Shown here one piece after another: positions 60,578-64,000 of a DNA stretch of 64,000 nucleotides (position 1 is its first letter; the number at the start of each line of letters is the position of its first letter). The notes under the pieces are model-generated. The model was not told where the DNA came from. It saw only the letters and a program-made list of their open reading frames with translations, and ran no database searches. Origin of the DNA: Sedimentisphaerales bacterium (lineage in GTDB: Bacteria; Planctomycetota; Phycisphaerae; Sedimentisphaerales; Anaerobacaceae). The position numbers and the translations under genes are program-made. The DNA is taken from the NCBI GenBank assembly GCA_963708075.1, contig OY970194.1:4480001-4544000 (forward strand), given 5' to 3'.

Positions 60578-63004
60578 ATGGGAGATGTGAGGCAGGTGCT
60601 CATGGGCGTGTTCGTGATCGGTTTGGTTTGGGCGACGTTGGGTGTGGGGCAGGAGGATAAACGACCGTTGGAGCGGGACTATAATGTCAAGCCGGTGGGG
60701 TTCAATCTGGTGAATGTCAGGGACGGGTTCTGGTCGCCGCGGCTGGAGATTAACCGGACGGTGACGATTCCTTACTGTTTTCAGATGTGTGAAGAAACAG
60801 GGCGGATTCGCAACTTTGAGAAGGCGGCGGGGCTCAAAGAGGGCAAGCACGAGGGCATCTACTTCAATGACTCCGATGTCTATAAGGTCATGGAAGGAGC
60901 GGCGTATTCGCTGCAGGTCCATCCGGATGCCATGCTGAGGCTCTATTTGGACAAGCTGATCACGACGATGAGCCGGGCCCAGTGGGAGGACGGGTACCTG
61001 TACACGTTTTACTCCGTGCCGCAGAGGCAGCCGGAGAAACGCTGGACCAATGAGCGGGACATGCACGAGCAGTATTGCATCGGGCACATGCTCGAAGGGG
61101 CCGTCGCCCACTACCAGGTCACCGGCGACAAGGCGTTCTTGAACATCGCGACGCGGTGCGCGGACTACATCTGCCAGGTGTTCGGCCCGGGCAAGCGGAC
61201 CGACCCGCCGGGCCACCAAGAGATCGAAATCGGCCTGTGCAAGCTCTACCGCGCCACCGGCGACGGCAAGTACCTGGATATGGCCAAGTTCCTGCTGGAC
61301 CAGCGCGGCCGCAAGGGCAATCGCGGACCCAATGGCGACGGCGGCCTCTACGGCGAGTACTCCCAGGACCACATCCCCGTCACAGAGCAGACCGAGGCCA
61401 CGGGCCATTCCGTCCGGGCGGCTTACATGTACACCGGCATGGCCGACGTCGCTGCTCTCACCGGCAGCATGGAGTATATCAAGGCCATCGAAAGCATCTG
61501 GCACGACGTCGTCGGCACCAAGCTCTACGTCACCGGCGGCATCGGGGCCTCCGGTGGCAACGAGGGCTTCAGCGCCAAGTACGAGTTGCCCAATCTAACC
61601 GCCTACTGCGAGACCTGCGCCTCGTTCGCCAATATCTTCTGGAACCACCGCATGTTCCTCATGCAAGGCGACGCGAAGTACATCGACGTGCTGGAGCGCT
61701 CGCTCTACAACGCCGCCCTGTCGGGCATCGGCATGAAGGGCGACCGGTTCTTCTATCCGAACAGGCTCGAATCCGGCGGCGACGAGAGGAGCCCGTGGTT
61801 CGACTGTCCGTGCTGCCCGTCGAACGTCGCGCGATTCGTTCCCTCCGTGCCCGGCTACGCCTATGCGTACAAGGACAATGATGTCTATGTGAACCTGTTC
61901 CTCAGCGGCGATACCACGATCCAGACGGCCGGCAACAAGGTGAAGCTGAGCCAGCAGACCGAGTATCCCTGGAAGGGCAAGGTGGATATCAGCGTCGAGC
62001 CGGAAAAGAGCGAGAAGTTCACCATCTGCGTTCGCATCCCCGGCTGGGCCCGGAATGAGGCGGTTCCGAGCGACCTGTACACGTTCCTGACGCCCGTCAA
62101 TGACAAACCCACGCTGAAGGTCAACGGCAAGACCGTGTCGCCGAGCATCGAGAAAGGCTACGCCCGCATCGAACGCCAGTGGCAAAAAGGCGACAGGATC
62201 GAGCTGGACCTGCCTATGCCCGTCCGCCGGGTGGTCGCACATGAGCAAGTGAAAGCGGATCGCGGCCGAGTAGCCCTGCAACGCGGACCCATCGTGTACT
62301 GCCTGGAGGGGCCGGACAATGATGGCAAGGTGCTGAACACGGTGGTCGCGGACGATGCGAAGCTCAAGAGCGAATACCGGTCGGACCTGCTCAATGGTGT
62401 CATCGTGATCACAGGGAAAGCCCGAGTGGCGAAGCGCGATCTCGACGGCAAGGTCGTCTCGGCAGGCACGAAGCAGTTCACGGCGATTCCGTACTACGCC
62501 TGGGCTCATCGCGGCCGGGCGCAGATGACGGTCTGGCCGGCCCGCGAGCTGCAGGCGGCCAAGCCCGAGCCGGCGGACACCCTGACCTACACGAGCAAGA
62601 TCACCGCCTCGTTCGTCCACGCCTCGCTGGCGGCCATCAAGGACCAGGTCGTGCCGGAGAATTCCGCTGACTCCTCTGGCCGGCAATTGGATTTCTGGCC
62701 GCACAAGGGCACGACGGAATGGGTTCAGTTCGAGTGGAAGGACAAGCACGACATGTCCGGTGTCAAGGTGTACTGGTACGACGACACCGGCCGGGGCGAG
62801 TGTCACCTGCCGAAATCCTGGCAGGCGCTCTATCGTGACGACGATGGCGCTTTCAAGCCGGTGAGGAACACCGCCGCCTACGGAGTCGAAAAGGACACAT
62901 TCAATAGAGTCACATTCGAGCCCGTGAAGACCGACACCCTCAAGATCGAGATCACGCTGCAGGAGCGATGGTCCGCCGGCATGCAGGAAGTCGTCATCGA
63001 ATAG
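60578..63004 (+). CDS. GH127 beta-L-arabinofuranosidase-like protein with a C-terminal beta-sandwich
   Basis: FNDSDVYK; HEQYCIGH; GHSVRAAY; GNEGF; YCETCA; WFDCPCCP; ALQRGPIVYCLE; alternative GTG start at 60566. Confidence 0.92.
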   Translation: MGDVRQVLMGVFVIGLVWATLGVGQEDKRPLERDYNVKPVGFNLVNVRDGFWSPRLEINRTVTIPYCFQMCEETGRIRNFEKAAGLKEGKHEGIYFNDSDVYKVMEGAAYSLQVHPDAMLRLYLDKLITTMSRAQWEDGYLYTFYSVPQRQPEKRWTNERDMHEQYCIGHMLEGAVAHYQVTGDKAFLNIATRCADYICQVFGPGKRTDPPGHQEIEIGLCKLYRATGDGKYLDMAKFLLDQRGRKGNRGPNGDGGLYGEYSQDHIPVTEQTEATGHSVRAAYMYTGMADVAALTGSMEYIKAIESIWHDVVGTKLYVTGGIGASGGNEGFSAKYELPNLTAYCETCASFANIFWNHRMFLMQGDAKYIDVLERSLYNAALSGIGMKGDRFFYPNRLESGGDERSPWFDCPCCPSNVARFVPSVPGYAYAYKDNDVYVNLFLSGDTTIQTAGNKVKLSQQTEYPWKGKVDISVEPEKSEKFTICVRIPGWARNEAVPSDLYTFLTPVNDKPTLKVNGKTVSPSIEKGYARIERQWQKGDRIELDLPMPVRRVVAHEQVKADRGRVALQRGPIVYCLEGPDNDGKVLNTVVADDAKLKSEYRSDLLNGVIVITGKARVAKRDLDGKVVSAGTKQFTAIPYYAWAHRGRAQMTVWPARELQAAKPEPADTLTYTSKITASFVHASLAAIKDQVVPENSADSSGRQLDFWPHKGTTEWVQFEWKDKHDMSGVKVYWYDDTGRGECHLPKSWQALYRDDDGAFKPVRNTAAYGVEKDTFNRVTFEPVKTDTLKIEITLQERWSAGMQEVVIE

Positions 63005-63008
63005 CCAG

Positions 63009-63075
63009 GCAGGGTGGGGCTTGCCCCACCGCTTCCTCCGGCGTCGGGTTCATGGTGGGGCAAGCCCCACCCTAC
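63009..63075. repeat. GTAG-family REP doublet
   Basis: GCAGGGTGGGGCTTGCCCCACC..GGTGGGGCAAGCCCCACCCTAC. Confidence 0.8.
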
Positions 63076-63100
63076 GGCTCAGGTAAAAACCCGGTAGTGC

Positions 63101-63193
63101 CGGGTGTCGCCGCCACACTCGTTTGACGGTGCTCATTCGATCGCGCCTGACTAATCGAAGCCCCACGGACAAACGAGTTTGCCCGTGCCACCC
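63101..63193. repeat. GGGTG-foot REP-like doublet (third subtype)
   Basis: GGGTGTCGCCGCCACACTCGTTTG..CAAACGAGTTTGCCCGTGCCACCC. Confidence 0.6.
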
Positions 63194-63219
63194 AGGACAA
63201 TGTCAGTCACGTGCGAGAC

Positions 63220-64000
63220 TCAGCGGCGAGGGCCCAGGCAAAGGACTTTGCCGTCCATGGTGGCCATGAAGAGCCGGCCTCGTGCGACGGCCATGCCGTC
63301 CCAGACGGGCACGCTGTCGAGCGGATAGCGGGCCAACTCCTTACCATCTGCGGCCGATACCGCCAGCAGCAGACCGCCCCGGCGGTTCTCGAACGCCGCT
63401 TCCTGCCGGAGCAGCGCATCGTGCACCTCCGGATCGTCGGGCTTGTAGAAGGCACGCACCTCGTCGGATACGTCGGGCGGGCCTGCCAGGAACAGCGTCC
63501 GATCCGCCAGCACCATGGCGCGGGCGAGAACCGGCGGCTGATCCTGGGACCACCGTGGATCGACGGCCCAGAGCAGGTCGGCGCCAAAACCATGCCGCAA
63601 CTCCCAGTCGGACGTATTGGCGTTTTTCTTTGGTGAGTTTGCATCGATGATCCGATCACTCTTGCTGATGCGCTGGATCGCCTCCGGCTTTACCTGTTTG
63701 TCGGCGGCGTACAGCTCGTACTCGAGGACGGAGGCGTTGGTCATGAACTCGGGCTTTCGCGCGTAGCCGTAGATGGTCTGGTCGTCGAAGACCATGATCC
63801 GCCCGGAGGGCGTGAGCCGTCCGGCCCGGAACCAGCCGCCGTAGCCGCCGCCCATCGCCCGCCCGTACATCCAGTAGGACCGGAAGAACCATGAGTCGTC
63901 GAGGAACCCGATCTGGCAGAACAGGTGCGACCCCTCGCCCGTCTGCTCGTCCACGGGAAGTGGAGCGATCCGGCGGCGCACGCCGTTGAGGTCGAACTCC
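63220..64000 (-). CDS. C-terminal part of a PQQ-like beta-propeller protein (5' end beyond the window)
   Basis: frame open to the window edge; GFLDDSWF.RSYW; RAMVLA..LFLAGPPD; PVWDGMAVARGRLFMATMDGKV. Confidence 0.75.
   Translation of the reverse strand, partial: EFDLNGVRRRIAPLPVDEQTGEGSHLFCQIGFLDDSWFFRSYWMYGRAMGGGYGGWFRAGRLTPSGRIMVFDDQTIYGYARKPEFMTNASVLEYELYAADKQVKPEAIQRISKSDRIIDANSPKKNANTSDWELRHGFGADLLWAVDPRWSQDQPPVLARAMVLADRTLFLAGPPDVSDEVRAFYKPDDPEVHDALLRQEAAFENRRGGLLLAVSAADGKELARYPLDSVPVWDGMAVARGRLFMATMDGKVLCLGPRR

Overview
GC-rich bacterial chromosomal window with about 50 CDS. The gene content suggests an anaerobic, polysaccharide-degrading Planctomycetota, probably Phycisphaerae/Sedimentisphaerales-like. 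This is inferred from a PA14/LamG surface protein, many Tat-exported Gfo/Idh/MocA oxidoreductases, a sulfatase, and GH127, GH172-like and GH28-like enzymes. Main blocks: (i) an accessory left end with a free-standing HNH-AP2 endonuclease, an FRG-domain gene bracketed by direct repeats and an ankyrin lipoprotein; (ii) carbohydrate utilisation genes and an MFP-RND efflux pair; (iii) a 9-gene oxygen/peroxide-defence operon led by a PerR-like regulator and ending in zwf, including a rubredoxin missed by the ORF track; (iv) a Gfo-LamG-AKR-tetraheme cytochrome c operon; (v) a 1.2 kb hairpin-dense non-coding region; (vi) a lone, more AT-rich PD-(D/E)XK nuclease gene. Intergenic DNA carries several REP-like palindrome families and 7-10 nt tandem microrepeats. 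Three genes have frameshifts that are probably sequencing errors. I found no rRNA, tRNA, CRISPR array, integrase or transposase. All product calls come from motif recognition by eye, not from database searches.
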